56,733 bases of DNA, taken from contig JACPHR010000021.1 in the NCBI GenBank assembly GCA_016188455.1, positions 1 to 56,733 of the forward strand. The letters run 5' to 3'. Position 1 is the stretch's first letter, and the number at the start of each line of letters is the position of its first letter. Positions 8,748 to 16,161 of the stretch are shown one piece after another. Source of the stretch: Candidatus Tayloriibacteriota bacterium (GTDB lineage: Bacteria; Patescibacteriota; Minisyncoccia; Phycocordibacterales; SIBU01). A model generated the notes under the pieces. That model was not told where the DNA came from, ran no database searches, and was given only the letters and a program-made list of their open reading frames with translations. The position numbers and the translations under genes are program-made.

Positions 8748-9679
8748 GATTAAAAAAGCGTAAAAAAATATCAGAAAGGCTGGCGATATTCGGCTTCCTT
8801 ATTTTATTTTCCAGCATTTTGTCGGTGCCTGTGTTTTCAGCCTACGGCTTAGACTATGTGCCGCTGGCACCGATAGAGGGCACAACACTGACCTGCGCAC
8901 AACCTCCCTGCGGCACAAACTTAAGTTATTACCTCACCGGCCTATTTAAAGTCGGCATCGCCGTGGCGGGTGTTTTGGCGTTTCTGGTGATTGTCTGGGG
9001 CGGCTTCACCTATCTTTCCACCGATGTCATTACCGGCAAGGAGGAAGGCAAGGCGAGAGTGGAGCGCGCCTTAGGCGGCCTTATCATTGCCCTCGCGGCC
9101 TATATTCTTCTCAACACTATCAACCCGCAATTAGTTAAGCTTAACCTCAATTTCGGCCCGAGGGCGGAGCTGAGAGAGGGCTTGGCCAGACCAGCTGACC
9201 TTATTTCCGAGAACACGAATCTAAGAAGTATAGAAACGTTGACGGCGGATAGGGCTGAATTTAGAGGAATGAACGCGGCCCGGTTGAATCAAGAGATTCA
9301 GGCTTTGAACGCAGTTTCACAAACAAGAGGCTTAACAGCCGAGGAAGAAGAAAGACTGGTAGAGCTTGGCATAATAAGGGACGGTAGCACAGCAATGAAT
9401 AAAATTGACGAAGTACAAGGCACTATCACTTCTGGATTAGGTAGCTCTGGTTTACCCTCATCACTAGCCAGAGACGCGCGCGCTGCTTTAGAGCAGCTCC
9501 GGATTGAAGTCAACACACGCATAGCGGCAATGGCGGCTACCGGGGCAACCGTGGGACAAATGCAGGCAGTCCGAGACAGATTTAACACAGCAGCCAGATT
9601 GATAGAAGCCTGTATTACTTACAGAAAGAATATTGTAAATGACAATGCGCGGGCCAATTTCAATCGTTTCTGCAAATAA
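8744..9679 (+). CDS. T4SS pilin-like protein (TrbC/VirB2-type, CPR pilin family) with C-terminal extension
   Basis: Signal/TM region, a Cys pair (CAQPPC), then YLTGLFKVGIAVAGVLAFLVIVWGGFTYLSTD..GKEEGKARVERALGGLIIALAAYILLNTINP: two TM helices around a charged loop, as in VirB2/TrbC-like pilins. An extra ~180 aa follows. Confidence 0.6.
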   Translation: MRLKKRKKISERLAIFGFLILFSSILSVPVFSAYGLDYVPLAPIEGTTLTCAQPPCGTNLSYYLTGLFKVGIAVAGVLAFLVIVWGGFTYLSTDVITGKEEGKARVERALGGLIIALAAYILLNTINPQLVKLNLNFGPRAELREGLARPADLISENTNLRSIETLTADRAEFRGMNAARLNQEIQALNAVSQTRGLTAEEEERLVELGIIRDGSTAMNKIDEVQGTITSGLGSSGLPSSLARDARAALEQLRIEVNTRIAAMAATGATVGQMQAVRDRFNTAARLIEACITYRKNIVNDNARANFNRFCK

Positions 9680-9693
9680 CCTGTGTCAAAAAT

Positions 9694-9741
9694 ATGTCCA
9701 AAAAAACCGCCTTCATTATCATAATTATATTTGTCCTCCTT
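9694..9741 (+). repeat. direct repeat: duplicated first 16 codons of the gene at 10354
   Basis: ATGTCCAAAAAAACCGCCTTCATTATCATAATTATATTTGTCCTCCT matches 10354-10401 (ATGTCCAAAAAAACCGCCGCAATTATTATAATCGTCTTCGTCCTCCT) at about 40/48 positions. This copy hits TAA after 16 codons. Confidence 0.8.
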
Positions 9742-9748
9742 TAACTTC

Positions 9749-10249
9749 ATGACTGCGCCCAAACACAACTTTGCGTTTATAGATGCCCAGAATGTCCATT
9801 TGGGCATCCAGTCGCTCGGCTGGGAGCTTGATTGGGGACGATTCAGAGTGTATCTGCGGGATAAATACAAAGTAGCCGAAGCCTATTTGTTTCTTGGATA
9901 TGTACCTGACAATCAAAAACTGTACGAGTATTTGCAAAAATCCAGTTTCATTCTAATCTTCAAACCGCTAGTTTGGAACAAAGACGGAACCGTAAAAGGA
10001 AATTGCGATGCTGACTTAGTACTTCACACGATTCTTAAAATCAATGAGTACGATAAGGCAATTATTGTAACAAGCGACGGAGATTTTTACTCGCTCGTAA
10101 GACACCTTTACGAAAATGGTAAGCTACTTTTTGTCTTGAGTCCGTATGTAAAAACTTGCTCAAAACTTCTGCGAAGGGAAGCTAAAGAGAAAATTTACTC
10201 GATGGATAATCTGTGGCAGAAACTTGGACGAGAAAAGTTTAGAAAATGA
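9749..10249 (+). CDS. NYN (LabA-like, PIN-related) domain protein
   Basis: NFAFIDAQNVHLG...AYLFLGY...NCDADLVLH...AIIVTSDGDFYSLV is the typical acidic-residue pattern of NYN/LabA ribonuclease-like domains. Confidence 0.7.
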   Translation: MTAPKHNFAFIDAQNVHLGIQSLGWELDWGRFRVYLRDKYKVAEAYLFLGYVPDNQKLYEYLQKSSFILIFKPLVWNKDGTVKGNCDADLVLHTILKINEYDKAIIVTSDGDFYSLVRHLYENGKLLFVLSPYVKTCSKLLRREAKEKIYSMDNLWQKLGREKFRK

Positions 10250-10353
10250 AAACGCACCGCGCAGACACAAAGACTGCGAGATGCGTTTCCTTATGGATAC
10301 TGGAATAGTAGCAAACTGCAGAAAGAAGTCAAGCAAAAAGGTATAATAAACCC

Positions 10354-11589
10354 ATGTCCAAAAAAACCGCCGCAATTATTATAATCGTCTTCGTCCTCCT
10401 CATCGCCGGAGGTTTCCTGGCTTTCTATTTTTACGCCAACCAAGACCAGGACAACAACATCGTCGGGCCGGAGAGTCGCGGCAATATTTTCCCGACCAGC
10501 CCCGCCGCCGGAGGCGCCCAAACTCAGGGTGGCGCGGCGCCAAGCCCGCAACCGCCCGCCGAAAGCGGCACCCGGGCGGCACCGGTGCTTAAAGAACTTT
10601 CAGAGCGCCCTAGTGCTGGGGCGGTGGCGCTGGCCGCATCATCAACCGTACTCGTGCGTTTTGTTGAACGGGGCACGGGCAATGTCTATGAGGTCGGGCC
10701 GGCGCGAGATGGTGAAACCCGCCTCTCCAATACCACTGTGCCAAAAATAGAAGAGGTCTTGTGGCATAAGGACGGCAGAAAAGTCATCCTCCGTTACGCC
10801 GGCGATGACGGCGACTCCATCAAAACTTACAGCGCCTCTCTCGCCGCCAAAGCCTCAGGGGAAGCCGAGGACTCGCTCCAAGGAGCCTTTCTGACTGAAA
10901 ATATCCGGGCGGTGGCGGCAAATCCCGACCAAAACAAGCTGTTCTATCTCTTGCAAGACGCGGGCGGCAGCACCGGCATCATAGCAGAATTTGACGGCGC
11001 CAGAAAAACCCAAATCTTTGATTCGCTCCTACAGGAATGGCTTGTGGCATGGCCGACGCCAACGACTGTTGCCCTCACGAGCAAACCTTCCGCGGGGGTC
11101 CCGGGCTTTTTGTTTCTTTTGAACACCCGAACCGGCGCCCTGACTCGGGCCATATCGGGCATCAAGGGTCTAACGGCTCGGGTCAGCCCGACCGGCTCGC
11201 TGGTCCTTTATGGGGAAAGTCTCCCCCAAGGGCTTTCCTTAAAAATTTATCCTTTTAGTAACGCATCCTTGCGAGAAACGGCCGTGGCCACCCTGCCCGA
11301 AAAATGCCTTTGGTCAAAAAACGACCCGGGGGCTTTATACTGCAGCGTGCCGTCGTACCTGCCAACCGGCAACTACCCCGACGACTGGTACAAAGGGCTG
11401 GTGGCGTTCTCGGATGACATTTGGAAAATTGACAGCCGGACGGGGGCGGGAGAACTACTGGCAAAGCTTAAAGATAACACTGCAAAAGACATAGACGGCA
11501 TCAACCTGTTTATGAGCCCGAGAGAAGATTATCTTTTCTTCATCAACAAAAACGATTTTCATCTATGGAGTTTGCGGATTCAAAACTGA
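10354..11589 (+). CDS. membrane-anchored hypothetical protein (possible beta-propeller ectodomain)
   Basis: N-terminal TM helix (AAIIIIVFVLLIAGGFLAFYF), a Pro/Ala-rich linker and a ~330-aa beta-rich region. No family recognised. Confidence 0.5.
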   Translation: MSKKTAAIIIIVFVLLIAGGFLAFYFYANQDQDNNIVGPESRGNIFPTSPAAGGAQTQGGAAPSPQPPAESGTRAAPVLKELSERPSAGAVALAASSTVLVRFVERGTGNVYEVGPARDGETRLSNTTVPKIEEVLWHKDGRKVILRYAGDDGDSIKTYSASLAAKASGEAEDSLQGAFLTENIRAVAANPDQNKLFYLLQDAGGSTGIIAEFDGARKTQIFDSLLQEWLVAWPTPTTVALTSKPSAGVPGFLFLLNTRTGALTRAISGIKGLTARVSPTGSLVLYGESLPQGLSLKIYPFSNASLRETAVATLPEKCLWSKNDPGALYCSVPSYLPTGNYPDDWYKGLVAFSDDIWKIDSRTGAGELLAKLKDNTAKDIDGINLFMSPREDYLFFINKNDFHLWSLRIQN

Positions 11590-11624
11590 ATAACTTATGA
11601 CTAACAACTGAATTACTGAATGAC
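11585..11624. repeat. family-B (CTGAATGAC-type) inverted-repeat element, left arm (loaded copy)
   Basis: CTGAATAACTTATGACTAACAACTGAATTACTGAATGACC, complementary to 11994-12033. Same family as 14284-14379. Confidence 0.7.
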
Positions 11625-11994
11625 CATGAGAAGATTTAGATTTTTGGATTGGGATGTATACAAAGACGCACGACGATTGTTTGTTGTTATTCTGTCTATC
11701 GTAAAGAAACTCCCAAAAGAATATCGCTATGAAATAGGTAGCCAAATTATCCGTGCTTGTTTCTCTGTGGTACTAAACATTGCGGAGGGAAGTGGAAAAC
11801 ACTCTGAAGCTGAACTTAATCGTTTTTTTGATATAGCCCTTGGTTCTTTGTTTGAAACACTGGCTGCGGTAGATGTATTACGCGAATGCACCTTAGTTGA
11901 AGAAAAAGTATTTTTTGAAGTTGAAAAATTAGCAACAAGTATTTCCAACCAACTTGGTGGATTCAAAAAACACATACGAGGGGGTTCCATCTAG
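11620..11994 (+). CDS. four-helix-bundle protein (23S rRNA intervening-sequence protein / Avd-like family)
   Basis: 124 aa. F.FLDWDVYKDARRLF..I..KLPKEYRYEIGSQIIRACFSVVLNIAEGSGKHSEAELNRFFDIALGSLFETL..L is the characteristic pattern of this family. Confidence 0.8.
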   Translation: MTMRRFRFLDWDVYKDARRLFVVILSIVKKLPKEYRYEIGSQIIRACFSVVLNIAEGSGKHSEAELNRFFDIALGSLFETLAAVDVLRECTLVEEKVFFEVEKLATSISNQLGGFKKHIRGGSI

Positions 11995-12033
11995 TTATTC
12001 AGTCATTCAGTAATAAGTCGTTTGTCATTCAAT
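11994..12033. repeat. family-B inverted-repeat element, right arm (loaded copy)
   Basis: GTTATTCAGTCATTCAGTAATAAGTCGTTTGTCATTCAAT. Confidence 0.7.
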
Positions 12034-12498
12034 ATTTCTCTCGATATATTTAATCACCACTCTTCGCGACGCCCCTTGGCCGGTTGATTCCGTTTTAATA
12101 TCAGGCGACCCCGCCAGAAAGGAGTGAACGAGCATGCGCTCGTAGGCAGACATGGGGTCAAGCTCTATATCCACCTTGAAAGACCGCGCCCGTTCGCACA
12201 TCACTTTGGCCTTGGCTTTCAGGACTTCCAAGGTCTTATCATGGTAATCGTTGACGTCAATAAAAAACTTTTCAGGCGCCTCATCTCCGGCCTGTTTGGC
12301 CGCAATCCTGCGAACAATGTAATTGAAAGCCCCCAAATGCTCGCCGTTCTGGCCGATAAGCAAAGGCGACTCGTCGGTGCGCACCAGGAAACGCACGTGG
12401 TTTGATTGCGGATTTTCAATCCGCTCAATGCTTTCAAAGCGCACATTCATGAGCTTTAAAAGACCTTCCATGATTGCCTTGGCGTCGGGGCCTGCCAT
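12025..12498 (-). CDS. jag: Jag/KhpB-type KH + R3H RNA-binding protein
   Basis: KH-like LLIGQNGEHLGAFNYIVR and C-terminal R3H region (ERMLVHSFLAG..IKTESTGQGASRRVVI). Conserved position downstream of yidC. Confidence 0.75.
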   Translation of the reverse strand: MAGPDAKAIMEGLLKLMNVRFESIERIENPQSNHVRFLVRTDESPLLIGQNGEHLGAFNYIVRRIAAKQAGDEAPEKFFIDVNDYHDKTLEVLKAKAKVMCERARSFKVDIELDPMSAYERMLVHSFLAGSPDIKTESTGQGASRRVVIKYIERNIE

Positions 12499-12534
12499 GG
12501 CACCACTATACTACAAGGCATGAGAAAACGCCCG

Positions 12535-12641
12535 TCCCGTTAGAAAGTCCTGCAAAATTACTGTTCACTGTATACTAAAGCCGCGGAAGAAAAAACAAGA
12601 GAGCTGCGGCCAAATTTTTGTTGGTGAGACTTCTAACGGGA
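12535..12641. repeat. family-E (CCCGTTAGAAG-type) stem-loop element
   Basis: Arms TCCCGTTAGAAAG (12535-12547) and ACTTCTAACGGGA (12629-12641). Related copies at 14476-14588 and 32612-32732. Confidence 0.6.
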
Positions 12642-12683
12642 CCCGTATTGTTAAAAGCCCTCTAAAATCGTGAAATTGAACGG

Positions 12684-12716
12684 CTGACCAGTCAACCTGG
12701 CAGGTTGACTGGTCAC
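12684..12716 (-). terminator. hairpin immediately downstream of yidC
   Basis: CTGACCAGTCAACCTGGCAGGTTGACTGGTCAC has a 13-14 bp stem starting 3 nt after the yidC stop. There is no clear U-run, so its terminator function is uncertain. Confidence 0.4.
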
Positions 12717-12718
12717 TA

Positions 12719-13510
12719 CTAATTCTGCTCTTTCTTATTCGTAGCTATTAGCATATTAGTATCCATTGGTATATTGGTATGGCGTGAGCCAAAAAAAGAC
12801 CGCCTGACGTAAAGCTCCTGGCCAATGGCAAAAAGGTTGCTGGTAATCCAGTAAAGAGAAACCGCGCCAGGAAGATTGAAAGCAAAGACCCCGACAAGGG
12901 CTGGCAGGAAGTAACGCATTTGGAAATTAAGGTTTCTGGCGAAATCATCCTTCATAGAAACTCCAGGCGCTTTAGGCTTTATGGCCGGCATAGAGAATCG
13001 AACTTGAAAATACTGGCTGACGGAAACCAGAATCGCAAGCAAGAGAGAGCCTTTGGTAATATCAACAAAGCCCAAAAAATACATGGTAACTTTAGGGGCG
13101 GAAACTAAAGGGTACAGCAAGTCAGTTTTAATTTCAGGCAAGCCGCCGCTGTAAAAAATATAGTAGAGGGCAAAAATGATGGGGATTTGGATAAGCACCA
13201 GAAAAAAAGTGGAAAAAGGGTTAACCTTTTTTTCTTTGTAGAAAGCCATGGTCGCCTTGGCGTGGGCTTCTCGGTCGCCTTTGTGTTTTTCTTTCAGAAG
13301 AGCGAGGTCGCTTTCAAGCGCTTTCATCTTAAGCTGGGTCCTCGTGGCTTTTTGTGAAAGCGGAAAGAGAATGAGCTTGACTAGGAAGGTAAAAACAACC
13401 ACCGAGATTCCGGCGTCGGCCCAGGGCATGATACTCATGAGAAAAATCAGGCCGTTGTAGAGTGGTTGGTATACGACAAGATTAAAAAAATGACTGAGCA
13501 TGACAAACAC
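12719..13510 (-). CDS. yidC: YidC/Oxa1-family membrane protein insertase
   Basis: Short Gram-positive-type YidC: VVFTFLVKLILFPLSQKATRTQLKMKAL, PFSTFFLVLIQIPIIFALYY, NLFAIGQ. Conserved rnpA-yidC-jag order. The last ~20 codons are encoded by a family-A repeat arm. Confidence 0.85.
   Translation of the reverse strand: MFVMLSHFFNLVVYQPLYNGLIFLMSIMPWADAGISVVVFTFLVKLILFPLSQKATRTQLKMKALESDLALLKEKHKGDREAHAKATMAFYKEKKVNPFSTFFLVLIQIPIIFALYYIFYSGGLPEIKTDLLYPLVSAPKVTMYFLGFVDITKGSLLLAILVSVSQYFQVRFSMPAIKPKAPGVSMKDDFARNLNFQMRYFLPALVGVFAFNLPGAVSLYWITSNLFAIGQELYVRRSFFGSRHTNIPMDTNMLIATNKKEQN
12735..12782. repeat. family-A repeat, solo right-arm-type copy overlapping the yidC 3' end
   Basis: TTATTCGTAGCTATTAGCATATTAGTATCCATTGGTATATTGGTATGG aligns with the right arms at 3860, 7642, 33212 and 53422. 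Confidence 0.7.
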
Positions 13511-13560
13511 TATAATACTAAAATAAGAATTATACTAATCCTACAAATAGCTGCGAACTA
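13511..13560. repeat. family-A repeat, solo left-arm-type copy
   Basis: TATAATACTAAAATAAGAATTATACTAATCCTACAAATAGCTGCGAACTA resembles the left arms at 4575 and 7580. Confidence 0.5.
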
Positions 13561-13564
13561 TAGA

Positions 13565-13678
13565 GCACAAAACACAATATCCAAAATCCAAACAAAACAC
13601 AGATGTTCAGAACACGAACCAAGCATTGTTTGTGAAATTTGGAATGTTTTGTGTTTTGTTTGGATTTTGTGTATGTAC
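13565..13678. repeat. family-D stem-loop (AAAATCCAAACAAAACACA-type) in the rnpA-yidC spacer
   Basis: The left arm ..CCAAAATCCAAACAAAACACAG is complementary to the right arm TGTTTTGTGTTTTGTTTGGATTTTGTG (19-nt perfect core). Confidence 0.6.
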
Positions 13679-13708
13679 GCGCTTTGCGTTTTGTTGATAA
13701 TGTGAGTG

Positions 13709-14050
13709 TCAACCAATAACCCCCGACTTTTTTAATATCGTTTGTATCTCAGGATTTAACCCCGAGAGTGCCCGAGCATCAATTTTCTTTTTGATAAAGA
13801 AGGCGGACAGACTACCCGGCCTGGCGATAGGAAGAAACGAGTGGAGAACGCCGTAGACTCGGCGTTTTATGCCGTTTCTCCTGACCGCGCTTTTCTCAAG
13901 TTTTTTAGGCACCGCCACGGAAAATTTCGCCGGCTTATCGTTGTTGCCAAAAAAAACCCGAAGCGAAAAACCTGCCGAGTGATAACTTCGGCCTTTTCGC
14001 ATAAGAACCTTGAAAAGGTCCCGGCTGACCTTTCGTTTCGCGGGAATCAT
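13709..14050 (-). CDS. rnpA: ribonuclease P protein component
   Basis: 113 aa and basic. FSLRV..., KFSVAVPKKLEKSAVRRNGIKRRV is the RnpA signature region. Located between rpmH and yidC. Confidence 0.8.
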   Translation of the reverse strand: MIPAKRKVSRDLFKVLMRKGRSYHSAGFSLRVFFGNNDKPAKFSVAVPKKLEKSAVRRNGIKRRVYGVLHSFLPIARPGSLSAFFIKKKIDARALSGLNPEIQTILKKSGVIG

Positions 14051-14148
14051 CGGAGTAGAATAAAGATTAAAGAATCGCGATTCAAGAATAAAACAAGAAA
14101 AACCCGCCTCCAGTTATCTCTTACTTGAATCTTAAATCGTGAATCTGT

Positions 14149-14283
14149 TTATATCGCAAGTTTCTTTCGGCCTTTTTGCCGCCGCCGAGCGACTATTGCT
14201 CGGCCGCCCGGTTTTTTCTGCCGCGCCAAAAAGCCGTGGGTTCTGGCGCGCTTCTTCTTTTTAGGTTTGTAGGTGAAGCTCAT
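14149..14283 (-). CDS. rpmH: 50S ribosomal protein L34
   Basis: Not in the ORF track (44 aa). Hand translation gives [44 protein letters not shown], the classic L34 pattern (..R..THGF..R......GR.V...RR.KGRK.L). It lies upstream of rnpA. Confidence 0.85.
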   Translation of the reverse strand: MSFTYKPKKKKRARTHGFLARQKKPGGRAIVARRRQKGRKKLAI

Positions 14284-14379
14284 GATGAATGACAAATCAC
14301 TGATAACTGAATGACTGAATGACAAACACCTTTATTGTGTGATTCAGTAATTCAGTTATAAGTTATCAGTTATTCAGTG
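14284..14379. repeat. family-B inverted-repeat element (empty) in the rpmH-dnaA spacer
   Basis: Left arm GATGAATGACAAATCACTGATAACTGAATGACTGAATGACAAAC and right arm GTGTGATTCAGTAATTCAGTTATAAGTTATCAGTTATTCAGTG. Confidence 0.7.
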
Positions 14380-14387
14380 TCCCCACT

Positions 14388-14426
14388 TTGTCCACATATT
14401 ATAAACATATCTGACGATTTTCCACA
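14388..14426. promoter_or_regulatory. DnaA-box-like 9-mers upstream of dnaA
   Basis: TTGTCCACA (14388-14396) and TTTTCCACA (14418-14426) each have one mismatch to TTATCCACA. Confidence 0.45.
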
Positions 14427-14475
14427 AGTTTGACGGCGGTTAAATAAGTATATAATGGGAAACACTTTAACATGG

Positions 14476-14588
14476 TCCCGTTAAAAGCTTACAAACAGCC
14501 CTTATAACATTTTTATGCCAAGCCGCGCAGATTTAATAAATAATAAAGCGTACGGAAACGACTGGGTCGTTCCCCGCTTCTAACGGGA
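14476..14588. repeat. family-E stem-loop element ending at the dnaA start codon
   Basis: Arms TCCCGTTAAAAGC (14476-14488) and GCTTCTAACGGGA (14576-14588). The last A is the A of the dnaA ATG. Confidence 0.55.
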
Positions 14589-15934
14589 TGGACAACGAGC
14601 AACTCTGGAAAAATGTGTTGGTGGAAATTGAACTGGCGGTCTCAAAAGCCAATTTCAATACCTGGTTTAAAGACACCCGGATCCTCAAGCAAGAGGAAGG
14701 GGTGGTCTTCGTATCGGTGCCCAACACCTTCGCCAAAGACTGGCTTTTCAACAAATACCACAAGATAATCATGAAAGCTTTGCGAAATCTGGCGGAGCAT
14801 ACCCGGGCGCTGGAATACGTCATTACCAAAGAAGAGCCGAAACAGAAAGAGCTTGAGCCGGCTCGGGGTGCTTTCTTGGCGGGCGCGCCGGAGCTGCCGC
14901 TTCAAGATTTTTACGTTGATAAAGACAACAATTTAAACCCCAGATACACTTTTGAATCTTTCGTGGTGGGGCCTTTCAACGAACTGGCCCACGCGGCGGC
15001 CCAAGCGGTGGTGAAAAAACCGGGCGCCGCCTACAACCCGCTTTTTATTTACGGCAACACCGGCCACGGCAAGACTCACCTTATCCAGGCCATCGGCAAT
15101 TACATTAAAAATCAAACCGCTGGCAAAAAAGTCTTTTACGTCACGTCGGAAAAATTCACCATTGATTACGTCAATTCGGTTCAAGCCAACAAGGCCAACC
15201 TCTTTAAAGAGCGGTACAGAAAATACGACGTGCTTATCATGGACGACATTCAATTTTTCTCCAACAAGGAACAAACCCAGGAGGAGCTATTTCATCTTTT
15301 CAATTCAATGTACGAGAGCAACAAACAAATCGTTTTTTCCTCCGACAAGCACCCCAACTTTATCCCTAATCTGGCGGACCGCTTGAAATCCCGCTTCGCG
15401 GCCGGCATGATTGTGGATATTCCGACCCCCGATCGCGAATCCCGCTTGGCCATTCTCAAAACAAAAGCGCGGCTTTCTGCCGTGTCCATCGCCGATGAAG
15501 TGCTGGAGCATTTGGCAACCACGATTGACGGCAACATCCGCGAACTGGAAGGCATGCTCAATGTTTTGGTCTGCCAATCACAGCTCAAAGGCAAAGAGCT
15601 CGGCTTAGGTGAAGTGAAACATCTCATTAAGAACAGCGCCAAACCGAAAAAGGCGGTGTCGGTAAAGGAGGTGACCAAGGCCGTGGCCAGCTTCTTCAAT
15701 ATTGAGGAAGAGGATATCTACGAAAAGACCCGCCGAAAGGAAGTGGTAAAGCCCCGCCAGCTCGTGATGTACATCCTGCGGGAAGATTTCAGCGTGTCTT
15801 ACCCTTTGATCGGCCAAAAGCTAGGCGGCCGCGACCACACGACAGTTATTCATTCCTGCGAGAAAATAAAAAATGAGTTGAAGTTAAACGCGGCGCTCGG
15901 CCAAGAGATTGACCAGATTCGAACCTTGCTCTGA
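14588..15934 (+). CDS. dnaA: chromosomal replication initiator DnaA
   Basis: AAA+ Walker A GNTGHGKTHL, Walker B VLIMDDIQF and the C-terminal DNA-binding signature SYPLIGQKLGGRDHTTVIHSCEKI. Confidence 0.95.
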   Translation: MDNEQLWKNVLVEIELAVSKANFNTWFKDTRILKQEEGVVFVSVPNTFAKDWLFNKYHKIIMKALRNLAEHTRALEYVITKEEPKQKELEPARGAFLAGAPELPLQDFYVDKDNNLNPRYTFESFVVGPFNELAHAAAQAVVKKPGAAYNPLFIYGNTGHGKTHLIQAIGNYIKNQTAGKKVFYVTSEKFTIDYVNSVQANKANLFKERYRKYDVLIMDDIQFFSNKEQTQEELFHLFNSMYESNKQIVFSSDKHPNFIPNLADRLKSRFAAGMIVDIPTPDRESRLAILKTKARLSAVSIADEVLEHLATTIDGNIRELEGMLNVLVCQSQLKGKELGLGEVKHLIKNSAKPKKAVSVKEVTKAVASFFNIEEEDIYEKTRRKEVVKPRQLVMYILREDFSVSYPLIGQKLGGRDHTTVIHSCEKIKNELKLNAALGQEIDQIRTLL

Positions 15935-16161
15935 CAAGACGCCAAGGACAGCCTGGGGAAAAGTTTTGGGTAAAATGTGAACAAAAGATGTGAACAAAAG
16001 TTATCCTGGCTGGCGTTAAAACCAATCTCAACATCTTACCCCTCGCTTTCCCCAGATTATCCTTATCACCTTTTCCCAAAAACCTCTGCTAAACAAAGTT
16101 ATGTTAGGTAAAAACTATTTATCCCCAATGTTAATAGTAGTAACTGTATTTAATAAAGAAT
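15935..16161. promoter_or_regulatory. candidate oriC (dnaA-dnaN spacer with DnaA-box-like repeats and an AT-rich tract)
   Basis: TGTGAACAA occurs twice (15976-15984 and 15989-15997; reverse complement TTGTTCACA), plus TTATCCTTA (16057-16065) and TTATCCCCA (16119-16127). An AT-rich tract runs from about 16100 to 16160. Confidence 0.5.

Noticed and set aside
2534-11994. Four-helix-bundle (Avd-like) genes as part of a diversity-generating retroelement
   Set aside because: There is no reverse transcriptase gene and no template/variable repeat pair with adenine-specific mismatches anywhere in the window.
2531-14379. Possibility that the recurring hairpin repeats form a CRISPR array
   Set aside because: The repeats are inverted rather than direct. 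Their arms are imperfect, they have no regular repeat-spacer periodicity, and they are scattered singly between genes. No cas genes are present.
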